A DNA stretch of 64,000 bases from Candidatus Woesearchaeota archaeon (lineage in GTDB: Archaea; Nanobdellota; Nanobdellia; Pacearchaeales; GW2011-AR1), in the NCBI GenBank assembly GCA_964612895.1, contig CAZTFL010000001.1, positions 510,223 to 574,222 on the forward strand, read 5' to 3'. Numbering within the stretch: the stretch's first letter is position 1; the number at the start of each line of letters is the position of its first letter. This document shows, in pieces, positions 1 to 10,100 of this stretch. Made by a program: the position numbers and the translations under genes. The notes beneath the pieces were generated by a model. The model saw nothing but the letters and a program-made list of their open reading frames with translations. It was not told the DNA's origin and made no database searches.

Positions 1-184
1 AACGGAAATGTTAACGCAAAGAAGAATTAGTGATATATTAGCAGATTTAGATATGATGGGTATAATAAATGCTAAGGTTATAAGCAAAGGAAGGCATGGA
101 AGAACAAGAGATATAAAGATGGGAATACCTGAAAATATGTTATTCAAAGTTGAAGATATTTTAAAAGAAAGTTTAGGATTATAG
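1..184 (+). CDS. orc1: Orc1/Cdc6 replication initiator, C-terminal winged-helix fragment (5' end outside window)
   Basis: Frame 2 reads ...TEMLTQRRISDILADLDMMGIINAKVISKGRHGRTRDIKMGIPENMLFKVEDILKESLGL, stop TAG 182-184. The GRxGRTR segment and helix pattern match archaeal Cdc6 WH domains. It sits directly upstream of PolD DP1, as in Pyrococcus. Confidence 0.7.
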   Translation, partial: TEMLTQRRISDILADLDMMGIINAKVISKGRHGRTRDIKMGIPENMLFKVEDILKESLGL

Positions 185-229
185 ATAAAATATAATAATT
201 TATATAAAGAAGTTTTTTTTCTGATAATA

Positions 230-1729
230 ATGGTTGAAAATATTATTAATTATTGTATAAAAAAAGGATTTTTTTTAGATAAAGATATGCTTTTTCTTTT
301 TAAAAACATGGAAGAAAACAAAAAAAAACAAATATTAGATATTTTATCAAGTCTAAACCTAAAAGAAAAAGTAATAACTAAAAAGATTTTATTGAAAAAC
401 AGGGACAAAATAGAGCCGGTCTTAAATAAAAAAAATTTAAAATTTCAAGATATAATAGAAATTAATTATACAGATATTATTGAAACAGAAAAAAATGTAT
501 TAGATGATGAAGTAAAAATATTAAATGAACCAATATTTGAACAAAAAATTTTAGAAATTAATGATTTTTTGAATTATTTTAGATTAAAATATAATTTTAT
601 TAAAGATAAGTTTGATTTAAATAAAATAAATGATATTACAAGTATAAGAAAAATTCCAAAAAATGGAAATTTCTCTATGATAGTTTCTGTATTTAATAAA
701 AAAATAACAAAAAATAAAAATATTTTATTAAATGTAGAAGATTTGACAGGGAATGTAAATGTTATAATAAATAAAGAAAATACAAATATTTATAATAAAG
801 CGTCAAAATTATTTTTAGATGATGTTATATTAATTAAATGTAGTATAATAAATGGAGATTTATTTATAGTTAATGATATAATTTTTTCAGAACTTAAATT
901 AGATAAAGAAAAAAAAATAAATGAAGATATTTGGGTTGCTTTTATTGGAGACTTGCATTGTGGTTCTAAATATTTTTTAGAAAGTAATTTTTTAAAATTT
1001 ATAAAATGGATTAATAAGGAAGATTCAAATGAATATGATAATATTGCAAAAAAAATAAAATATTTATTTATCGGTGGAGATTTAATAGATGGCATTGGAG
1101 AATACGGAACTCAAGAGGAAGATTTGTCTATAAAAAAAATAAAATCTCAATATAAAAAAGTGGAAGAATTTCTTAAATTATTTAGAAAAGATTTGAAAAT
1201 ATTTTTATCTCCAGGAAATAGAGATTCTTCATGGAAAGGGGAGCCACAAATAAAAATAAGCACTGAATATTTTGAAGATATAAAGAAAAACGAAAATATT
1301 ATTTTTTTAACAAATCCCTCAAATGTCTTAATAAAAAACACATTTAATATATTGTCATACCATGGAATGAATATTTATAATTTAATAAATCAAAGAGATG
1401 ATATAAAAAATAAATTTGGATATAAATCTCCTAATAATTTAATAAAAGAACTTTTTAACTCATCTCAATTATGCCCTTCTTATGGAAACGTTGATATAAT
1501 TATAGACAGCAACAATTCAATGGTAATTAAAACAATTCCAGATATTATTTTTACCTCTCATTTTCATAGATGTGATGTTGATATGAAAAATAATATATTA
1601 ATGATAAATGGTTCGTGTTGGGTTAAAAATACCAAATATTTTGAAGAAAAGGGAATTGTGCCTAATTATTGTAAAGTTCCCCTATTTAATCTTAAAACGA
1701 GAGAGATTAAAATATTAGATTTTGAGTGA
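230..1729 (+). CDS. dp1: DNA polymerase D (PolD) small subunit DP1, calcineurin-like phosphoesterase fold
   Basis: MPE motifs are present: FIGDLHCGS, FIGGDLIDGIG, SPGNRDS (GNHD-like, with His replaced by Arg), SYHGMN, TSHFHR. An OB-like region precedes them, and size and synteny with cdc6 fit. Confidence 0.85.
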   Translation: MVENIINYCIKKGFFLDKDMLFLFKNMEENKKKQILDILSSLNLKEKVITKKILLKNRDKIEPVLNKKNLKFQDIIEINYTDIIETEKNVLDDEVKILNEPIFEQKILEINDFLNYFRLKYNFIKDKFDLNKINDITSIRKIPKNGNFSMIVSVFNKKITKNKNILLNVEDLTGNVNVIINKENTNIYNKASKLFLDDVILIKCSIINGDLFIVNDIIFSELKLDKEKKINEDIWVAFIGDLHCGSKYFLESNFLKFIKWINKEDSNEYDNIAKKIKYLFIGGDLIDGIGEYGTQEEDLSIKKIKSQYKKVEEFLKLFRKDLKIFLSPGNRDSSWKGEPQIKISTEYFEDIKKNENIIFLTNPSNVLIKNTFNILSYHGMNIYNLINQRDDIKNKFGYKSPNNLIKELFNSSQLCPSYGNVDIIIDSNNSMVIKTIPDIIFTSHFHRCDVDMKNNILMINGSCWVKNTKYFEEKGIVPNYCKVPLFNLKTREIKILDFE

Positions 1730-1768
1730 AAAAGATAATTATAAAAAGGAATCAAAATTTTAGTTAAA

Positions 1769-3013
1769 ATGATAAAAATATTACTTTTTTATTTTTCTAT
1801 GTTTTTAGGTATTTTTATAATGATTTTTTATATTATAAGTTATAAAAAAAGAGACATGAATAGGCAAATACAAGATAAGAGTAAGTTACCATTCGTTTCA
1901 ATCATTGTCCCAGCTTGGAATGAAGAAAAAGGAATCGGTCCTACAATAGAATCTCTCCAAAAATTAAACTATCCAAAAGATAAACTCGAAATTCTTGTTG
2001 TAGATGATGGATCAACAGATGATACGTATAATATAGCACAAAAATACGAAAATTCTATAGTAAAAGTTTTTAAGAAAGATCAAAATGGTGGAAAATTTAC
2101 AGCATTAAATTATGGAATAGAAAAATCTAGAGGTGATATTATAATTTCTAGCGATGCGGATAAATTACAGGTTAGTTCTAATTCATTAATAGATATGGTT
2201 CAACCATTTGAGGATGAAAAAGTTATGTGTGTTGCTCCATCAATGGCTATAAATGATTCGAAAAAAATTCTTTGCCGTGTACAACAAATAGAGTATCTAT
2301 TAGGTATTTTTTTAAGAAATGCACTTGCTAGTGTTCATGCTATGAGTGTTACACCGGGAGCCTTTTCTGCCTATAGAAAATCTTTTTTTAATAAATATGG
2401 TGGATTTAAAAAAGCACATATGACTGAAGATATGGAAATGTGTATGAGGATACAATATAATAATTACAAGGTTGCAAGTGTTCCTAATGCTATTGTCTTA
2501 ACGGAAGCTCCAGATAAATTTATTCCCTTATTAAAACAAAGAAGAAGGTGGTACGTAGGGCAATTTAAAAATTTATACGATTATAAAAAAATGTTTTCAA
2601 AATCATATGGGATACTTGGTATTTTTGCATTACCTCTTTCTATAGGATCAGTTTTGTTATCATTGATATTATCTCTTTTTGTGATTTCAACTACATTAAA
2701 AGCCTCAATTAAAAATATTAGAATATTGGAATCAATAAACTTTGATATATTTAACTCTTTTGAATTAAGCAGTTTTTTAATAGAGAGATTAATTTTTAAA
2801 TCAATATCCAATCCTATGTTTATATTTTCTATAATATTTTTTATAATGCTTGTAGGATACCTTATTTTTGCAAAAAAATTTGTAAAACAAATTAATGGAT
2901 TATTTTTAAGTCTATTGGAATTTATGGTAGTATATCCAATTTTATTTTTTGTATGGTGGACAGATGCATTGATTCGTACATTTGTAATAAAAAAACAATT
3001 TAAATGGAGATAG
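1769..3013 (+). CDS. Family 2 glycosyltransferase, processive synthase type (NodC/chitin/cellulose synthase-like)
   Basis: Motifs VPAWNEE, VVDDGSTDDT, SSDAD, TEDMEM and QRRRW, plus N- and C-terminal TM segments. Confidence 0.8.
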   Translation: MIKILLFYFSMFLGIFIMIFYIISYKKRDMNRQIQDKSKLPFVSIIVPAWNEEKGIGPTIESLQKLNYPKDKLEILVVDDGSTDDTYNIAQKYENSIVKVFKKDQNGGKFTALNYGIEKSRGDIIISSDADKLQVSSNSLIDMVQPFEDEKVMCVAPSMAINDSKKILCRVQQIEYLLGIFLRNALASVHAMSVTPGAFSAYRKSFFNKYGGFKKAHMTEDMEMCMRIQYNNYKVASVPNAIVLTEAPDKFIPLLKQRRRWYVGQFKNLYDYKKMFSKSYGILGIFALPLSIGSVLLSLILSLFVISTTLKASIKNIRILESINFDIFNSFELSSFLIERLIFKSISNPMFIFSIIFFIMLVGYLIFAKKFVKQINGLFLSLLEFMVVYPILFFVWWTDALIRTFVIKKQFKWR

Positions 3014-3044
3014 ATTTAAAATATATATAATCTAATTAACTTAA

Positions 3045-3683
3045 ATGGAAGATACTAAGAGAAGATTATATGGCGGAAGATTTCTTATTGCGTTTTTCTT
3101 AACAGTACTTGTATTTTTATCCATCTTTTTTTTTACAAGTGAAATTTTTAAAAATAAGGCTATCTTTGTAAAAGAGGAACAACAACAATTATATTATGAT
3201 TTACTTTTATACCAATTACAGATGGAGTTGGCTCAAGATTGTGAAAGTTTTAGTTTGAATGATTTATCTCAGAAGGTAGATCAATTTGGATTCTATATGG
3301 ACTTAATTGAAAAGGAAATGGGAAAAAATAACGAATTTGTTCTTTCTGAAAAAAATAGATATGTCGCTTTAGAAGTTCAACATATGCTTTTATCTATAAA
3401 ACAAAAAGATATATGTAATAAAACAAATAATACTATTTTGTTATTTTTCTATTCAAATGAAGACTTTTATGTTGATGATTCGGAAAAGGTAGGGCATATG
3501 CTTACAAACATAAAAATAAACAATCCTAATTTATTGGTTTATTCATTTGATATAAATCTTAACTCTTCATTAGTAAACTTCCTTAAAGAAAAATATTATG
3601 TTAGTATCCCAAATACAATTATTGTTAAAAATAAGAAGATTGTTTCCCCAAAGAATGTTGATGAATTGTACGAACTAATATAA
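3045..3683 (+). CDS. Hypothetical membrane-anchored protein (C-terminal part loosely thioredoxin-fold-like, no CxxC)
   Basis: ORF with an N-terminal TM (FLIAFFLTVLVFLSIFFF). The C-terminal IPNTIIVKNKKIVSPKNVDELYELI resembles the end of Trx/Grx folds. No catalytic cysteines are seen. Confidence 0.3.
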   Translation: MEDTKRRLYGGRFLIAFFLTVLVFLSIFFFTSEIFKNKAIFVKEEQQQLYYDLLLYQLQMELAQDCESFSLNDLSQKVDQFGFYMDLIEKEMGKNNEFVLSEKNRYVALEVQHMLLSIKQKDICNKTNNTILLFFYSNEDFYVDDSEKVGHMLTNIKINNPNLLVYSFDINLNSSLVNFLKEKYYVSIPNTIIVKNKKIVSPKNVDELYELI

Positions 3684-3854
3684 TTAAAGCAAAAAAAACT
3701 ATGATATTCTCAATAATGGGACAATTTTTTGTAATATATTTAATACTAAAATAGTATATATAAAAACTGTTTCTGAATTAGAGAGTAGTATATAAACAGA
3801 TAGTATATTTAATTTATAAAAATCTATATAAACATTTTTTTTGTTTTAGGTCTG

Positions 3855-6800
3855 ATGGATAAGAAAATTTTTGGATATTGGAACGAAGATGACTATTTTG
3901 ATGATTTAAATGAAAGAATAAACAATTCATACAAAATTGCAAATATAGCAAAGCAAAAAGGAGTCGATTGCATTAAAGAGGTAGAAATTCCAATAGCAAA
4001 ATCAGTCGCAGAAAGATGTGTTAACTTGGTAAGAACAATATACCCAGAATTACCACTCAAAGAGATAAGTGATGAAATAGTCAATTTTGAAAATAAATTT
4101 GGAAAACAGAATGGAAGTGTAGCTTTTTTTATATCAAAAGAGATTGCGGAGTGTAAATTCTTTAATTTTACAAAAAAAGAGGATGCTATTGATGCCGGTC
4201 TTCGTGTAGGATTTTCTTATTTAACACTTGGTGTTGTTGCAAGTCCTTTGGAGGGATATACAGGATTAACTATAGTAAAAGAAGGAGATAGTAATTTTTT
4301 TAATGTTAAGTTTTCTGGACCTATAAGAAGTGCCGGAACAACAACTACGTGTGTTTTTTTGATGTTAGTTGATTACTTAAGAGAGTCTTTTGGATACGAT
4401 AAATATGTTGCAAGTGAGGAAGAGATAAATAGATATTATATTGAATGTTTGGATTATAATAATAATGTTTCTAATCTTCAATATTTACCAACAGAAGAAG
4501 AGCTTAAATTTTTAGTTAAAAATATACCTATACAAATAGATGGGGACCCGACAGGTGATTTAGAAGTTAGTAATTATAAAGATTTGAAAAGAGTGTTTAC
4601 AAATAAAGTTAGAGGTGGTGTTTGTTTGGTTTTAGCAGAAGCTTTAGCTCAAAAAGCATCAAAAGCTATTCATAGACTTAGGGGTATTAAAAATAATGGA
4701 ATAATTTGTTCTGGATTTGACTATTTAAATGAATATTCTCTGATACATTCAAAAAATATTGTTGGCGAGAAAGGAGAAGCTGTTTATATAAAAGATTTAG
4801 TGGCTGGTCGTCCTGTTTATGGTTATCCATCGAGAAGTGGTAGTTTTAGATTTAGATATGGAAAAAGTAGAGATAGTGGATTTAGTGCTGTTGGAATTAG
4901 TCCTGCAACTATGGGTGTTAGTGATGGGTTTTTATCGTTTGGAACTCAATTAAAACTAGAAAAACCAATAAAAGGAGCCATTGTGACGTCTTGTGATTCT
5001 ATTGATGGACCTATTGTAAAATTAAAAAATGGCAGTGTAAAAAAAATTGAAAGTTACGATGAAGGAAGGAAAATTAGTAAAGATATTTTAGAAATAATAT
5101 ATTTGGGCGATATTTTAGTTTCTTTAGGAGATGTTGTAGATAGAAATTCCGTTTTACTAAAATCTGCTTATGTAGAAGAATGGTGGAATTTAGAATTAAA
5201 AAATAAAATGGAAATTATGGGAGATTTTTTAGATTATGATAAGTATAATATATCTTTTAATGATGCTTTAAAATTAAGCAAAAAATACTCTGTTCCATTA
5301 TATCCGAAGTATATATATTATTGGAAAGAAATAAGCGTTAAACAATTTATAGAATTATTAAATTGGATTAAATCAGGTAGTTGGACGGATGATTCGAAAA
5401 AATTTATTTTACCATTTGGTATGATTTCAAAAGACAAATATAATGTTGCAAAAAGAACTTTAGAATTAATAGGTGTTATTCATGATGTAATTTTAGACAA
5501 TGTTGTTTTAGAAGAAGAAATTGCAAAATCAATTTTTGTTAATATAGGAATATTTAATAATTTTGAAAAAATTGAGGATATTATAAAATTTTCAAAAGAC
5601 AAAGAAGATGTTTTGTTAATTTTAAATAATTTTTCAGAATTTTTAATAAATGACAAATCTGGGGAATTTATTGGGGCAAGAATGGGTCGTCCGGAAAAAG
5701 CGAAATTAAGAAAACAGTCAGGAGGATTTAATTTATTGTCCAATTTATCCTTAAAAGATTTAGATGAAAATGAAAAAAACAAACTAAAGTCATTTTTATT
5801 GAATTTAAATCAGGATGAAAAAGTTTTAAATTTTGTAAAAAATAAAAAAATAGATAATGAATTATTTAATGAAGATTTTAGAAAAGGTATTTTACGAGCT
5901 ATCTACAATTTAAATGTAAATAAAGATGGAACCATACGATATGATGCAACAGAAATACCGCTTACTCATTTTAAACCAATGGAAATTGGAGTTGGTATTG
6001 AAAAATTAAAAGATTTAGGGTATGATATAGATATTTTTGGAAATGAACTATTAACAGACAAACAAATTTTGGAATTAAAACCACATGATATAATTTTCCC
6101 TAAAAATTCTTATTCTGTTTTTTTGAAAATTTGTAATTTTTTAGATGAAGAATTGTCTAGGATATATGGTGTTGATAAATTTTTTAAATTAAAAGATGAA
6201 AATGATTTCATTGGTCAATTAATCGTTTGCATAGCTCCTCATAATTGTGCTGGTGTTGTGGGCAGAGTATTGGGATTTTCCCAAATGGAAGGAATTTTGG
6301 CTAGTCCATATATGCATGCAGCAATTCGTAGAGATTGTGATGGAGACGAAATGTCTGTAATTATGTTAATGGATGCTTTGTTAAATTTTAGTAAAAAATA
6401 CTTACCTTCACATAGAGGTGGTAGTCAAGATGCCCCATTGATATTAAATAGTAGAATTTATGAGGGAGAAGTTGACGATCAAATATTAGAATATGATATT
6501 TCTTATGAATACGGATTAGATTTATATAAAAAATCTCAAATTAAAGAACATTCTAGTAAGGTTTTGAATGATAACGTGAAATCTAGATTAAAAGAGGGGT
6601 TTTCTGGGTTTTCGAATATAGGTTTTACACATAATACGTTTGATATAAATGTTGGTGAAAAAAATAGTTCTTATAAAAATCTTGTTACAATGCGTGAAAA
6701 AGTAGAAATGCAAATGCAATTGGTTGATAAGATAAGAGCTGTTGATAAGGACGATGTTGCTAAAATGATAATAGAAAAACATTTTCTTAAAGATATTTTA

Positions 6801-7110
6801 AAGAACCTTTCTAATTTTTTTAAACAAGGGTTTAGATGTTCTAGTTGTGGATTAAAACATAGAAGAATTCCACTTAGTGGTGTTTGTATGAAATGTGGAG
6901 GAAATTTACTAATGACAGTTTCCTATGCTTCAATAAAAAAATATTTGAATTCTGCAATATTATTATCGCAAAAATATAAAATTCCAGAATATACTTTAGA
7001 AAATTTAAATTTAACGAAAAAATATATAGAAGATATTTTTGGCGTTGATAAGCAATTGGAATTATTTAAAGATGAAAAATTAAATACAGAAGAAAACAAT
7101 TTTTTGGAAA
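3855..7110 (+). other. DP2 (PolD catalytic subunit) module of the fusion ORF
   Basis: Collinear with Pyrococcus DP2 as recalled, from the N-terminus to the Zn-III finger (6837-6896) and the following DP1-binding helices. The catalytic RRDCDGDE lies at 6327-6350. Confidence 0.85.
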
Positions 7111-10100
7111 ATATTTCTGACTTCAAAAAAGATTTTTCTATAGAAAAACAAAGTAAAATCAATGATGAAGATTTTAAAAAAATAAATAAAAAAGAAATAG
7201 AAAATATTGATTTTGTTCATTTACACTTACATTCAGAATATAGTTTTTTAGATGGAGCAATAAAAATTAATGATTTATTTAAGAGAGTTAAGGAATTAGG
7301 AATGAGTTCTGTTGCCATAACAGAGCATGGTAATATGGAATCTTTAATAAATAAATATCAATTAGCTAAAAAAGAAGGAATAAAATTGATTTTTGGGATG
7401 GAAGCGTATATTGTTAATGATATGTTAATTAATGATAAAAATGAAAAAAGATATCATTTAATTTTAATTGCGAAAAATAATGAAGGACTAAAAAATTTAA
7501 TGAAATTAAGTTCTCTTGCTTATTGTAAAGGATTTTATTACAAACCAAGAATAGATAAAAATATTTTGAAACAATATAGTGAAGGAATAATTTGTATGAG
7601 CGCTTGTTTAGCTAATGATATTGCATCGAATATAGTTGATGATAATATCGATGAAGCGAAAAAAAAATTGGATGAATATTTAGATATTTTTGGGAAAGAT
7701 AATTTTTATCTAGAAGTGCAAAATCATAACATAGAAGAGGAAAGAAAAGTAAGAAATATATATTATAAATGGGCTGATGAATTTGGATTAAATATTGTTG
7801 CGACATGTGATTCACATTACTTGTTAAAAGAAGATGCTAGGGCTCATGAAGCTATGTTATGTATTCAAACAAATGGATTTTTAGATGATAATAATCATTT
7901 TCATTTTAGTGGAGATGGATATTACGTTATGAGTAAGGAAGAAATGATAGAAAGATTCTCTGATAGGTTGGACGCTATAAGTAATACAAGAAAAATAGCG
8001 GATATGTGTAATGTTGATTTAATTTTAGGAGATACTACCTTTCCTAATTATGACACACCAGATAATTCAGACCATGACGAATATTTAAAAAAATTATGTC
8101 AAAATGGATTAGAAAAAGTTTATGGGAATAAAAATAATTATAATGAAGCAAAAGAACGTATGGAATACGAACTTTCTGTAATTAAAAAGATGGGTTTTTC
8201 TACTTATTTTTTAATAGTTCAGGATTTTATAAAAGCTGCAAAAAATAAATGTCAAGTTGGACCTGGTAGGGGAAGTGGAGCTGGTAGTATAGTTGCTTAT
8301 CTTCTAGGGATAACTCAACTAGAACCATTACATCTAGGATTATTATTTGAAAGATTTCTTAATCCAGACAGAATTAGTTTACCAGATTTTGATATTGATT
8401 TTGGTGATAGAGATGTTGTTGTAAATTATGTAAAAGAAAAATATGGAGAAGATAAAGTTGCTTTAATAGGAACTTATGGAACAATGAGTGCAAAATCTGT
8501 TCTAAAAGATGTCATGAGAGTTTTTAAAATTCCTTTTAATATAGCAAATCAAATTACGAATTTTGTCAGTGAAAAAACTATAAAAGAAAGTTTAGAATTA
8601 AAAGATAGTTCTGGTAAATTTTCGAATAAAGAATTAAATGATTTTAAGAAAAAATATTCAGAAATTTTTGATATAGCAATGAAATTAGAAGGTTGTGTTA
8701 GGCATAAGGGAGTTCATGCTTGTGGTGTTGTTTGGGGCAAAAAACCAATAACAGAATATTTACCAATTATGGAAAAAGATGGATTTATTGTTGCTCAAGC
8801 TGAAGGTCATGAAATAGAAGATTTAGGTTTAGTTAAATTTGATTTTTTAGGATTAGAAACATTAAATATAACAAAAAAAGTTTTGAATTTTATAAATAAA
8901 GAAGATGAGTGGTTAGAAAATATTGATTTGACGGATAAATCTGTTTATGAAATGTTAAAACAAGGAGATAGTGTTGGGGTTTTTCAGTTGGAAAGTTCTG
9001 GAATGCAAAAAACATTAAAATCTGTTGGGCCTACTTGTTTTGACGATATTATAGCTATTGTCGCATTGTATAGACCCGGACCTATGCAATATTTAGATGT
9101 TTATGGGAATAGAAAATATGGAAAAGAAAAAGTCATTTATCCACATCCTTTAGCCGAAGAAATTCTTGCTCCAACTTATGGAATAATGGTATATCAGGAA
9201 CAGGTTATGCATTTGGCTCAAAAATTAGCTGGTTTTAGTATGTCTGAAGCCGATACTCTTAGAAAAGCTATTGGAAAGAAAAAAATGGATTTAATGAAGA
9301 GTATGGAAGAAAAATTTAAGAATGGTTGTTTAAATGTTGCGAAAATGAATCAGAAAGATATAGATAAATTGTGGGATGATATTGTAAAATTTGCATCTTA
9401 TTCATTTAATAAAAGTCATGCTGCGGCGTATGCATTAATAGCATATAGAACCGCTTATTTAAAAAAATATTATCCGACTGAATTTATGGCTTCTACAATT
9501 TCTTCAAGTATTCATGATCCGGAAAAAATGAGTTTTTATTTAGAAGAGACTAGAAAAATGGGTATAAATATTTTAGGACCTGATATAAATACATCTTTGA
9601 GAAGCTTTAATGTAGAATTAATAGGTAAGAAAAAAATTATACGTTTTGGACTTAGTGGTATAAAAAATGTAGGAGAAGGTGCAATAGATTCTATATTAAA
9701 AAATAGAGATTATATTTCTTTTAAGGATTTTTTATCGAAAGTCGATTTAACAAAAGTAAACAAGAGAGTTGTCAAAAATCTAATATGTGTTGGATGTTTT
9801 GATAATTTTGGAATTAGTAGAGGAGAGCTTTTATCTATTTATGAAGGAACCGGGAATTCAAATTCTATTAAACAAACAACCTTGTTTTCAAATAAAAAAG
9901 AAGAAAGTATTCATGTAATTAAAATGGAGTTAAAAGATATGATTAATTTTGAAAAAGAATTAATGGGAGTTTGTATTTCTTGCAATCCAATGGATTTGTT
10001 TGTTGAATCAAAATCAGAAATATTAAACAATTATAATTTAAAAGATTCTGAGAGGTTATCTTTATTTGGAATTGTCAAAAAATTTAGAAAAACAAAAACT

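Noticed and set aside
790-1341. Track ORFs 790-1095 (-) and 1147-1341 (-), and similar short antisense ORFs inside large genes (3893, 5480, 6588, 6923, 7612, 20860, 22155, 22520, 27403, 31910, 34808, 36445, 38069, 38849, 39332, 42125, 44371, 45544, 53403, 53781, 54507, 54598, 56839, 57157, 62300).
   Set aside because: All are embedded in or antisense to ORFs with strong homology or structure signals. Such shadows are expected in AT-rich DNA, where stop codons are depleted on the antisense strand of K/N/I-rich genes.
3750-3835. Repeated TAGTATAT (3752, 3786, 3801) and (G/C)TATATAAACA (3788, 3824) boxes upstream of the fusion gene, considered as origin recognition boxes.
   Set aside because: They lack the G-string and dyad features of ORB or mini-ORB elements. 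They look like stacked TATA-like promoter sequences in AT-rich DNA. The last box lies about 25-30 nt before ATG 3855.
7100-7210. Possibility that the DP2-DnaE junction is an intein or other insertion rather than a true fusion.
   Set aside because: The downstream 1030 aa form a complete DnaE with all polymerase motifs. It is not a Hint or homing-endonuclease domain. There are no intein splice-junction residues (Cys/Ser start, terminal HN plus Cys/Ser/Thr), and no DP2 sequence resumes after it. An assembly chimera cannot be excluded from the sequence alone.
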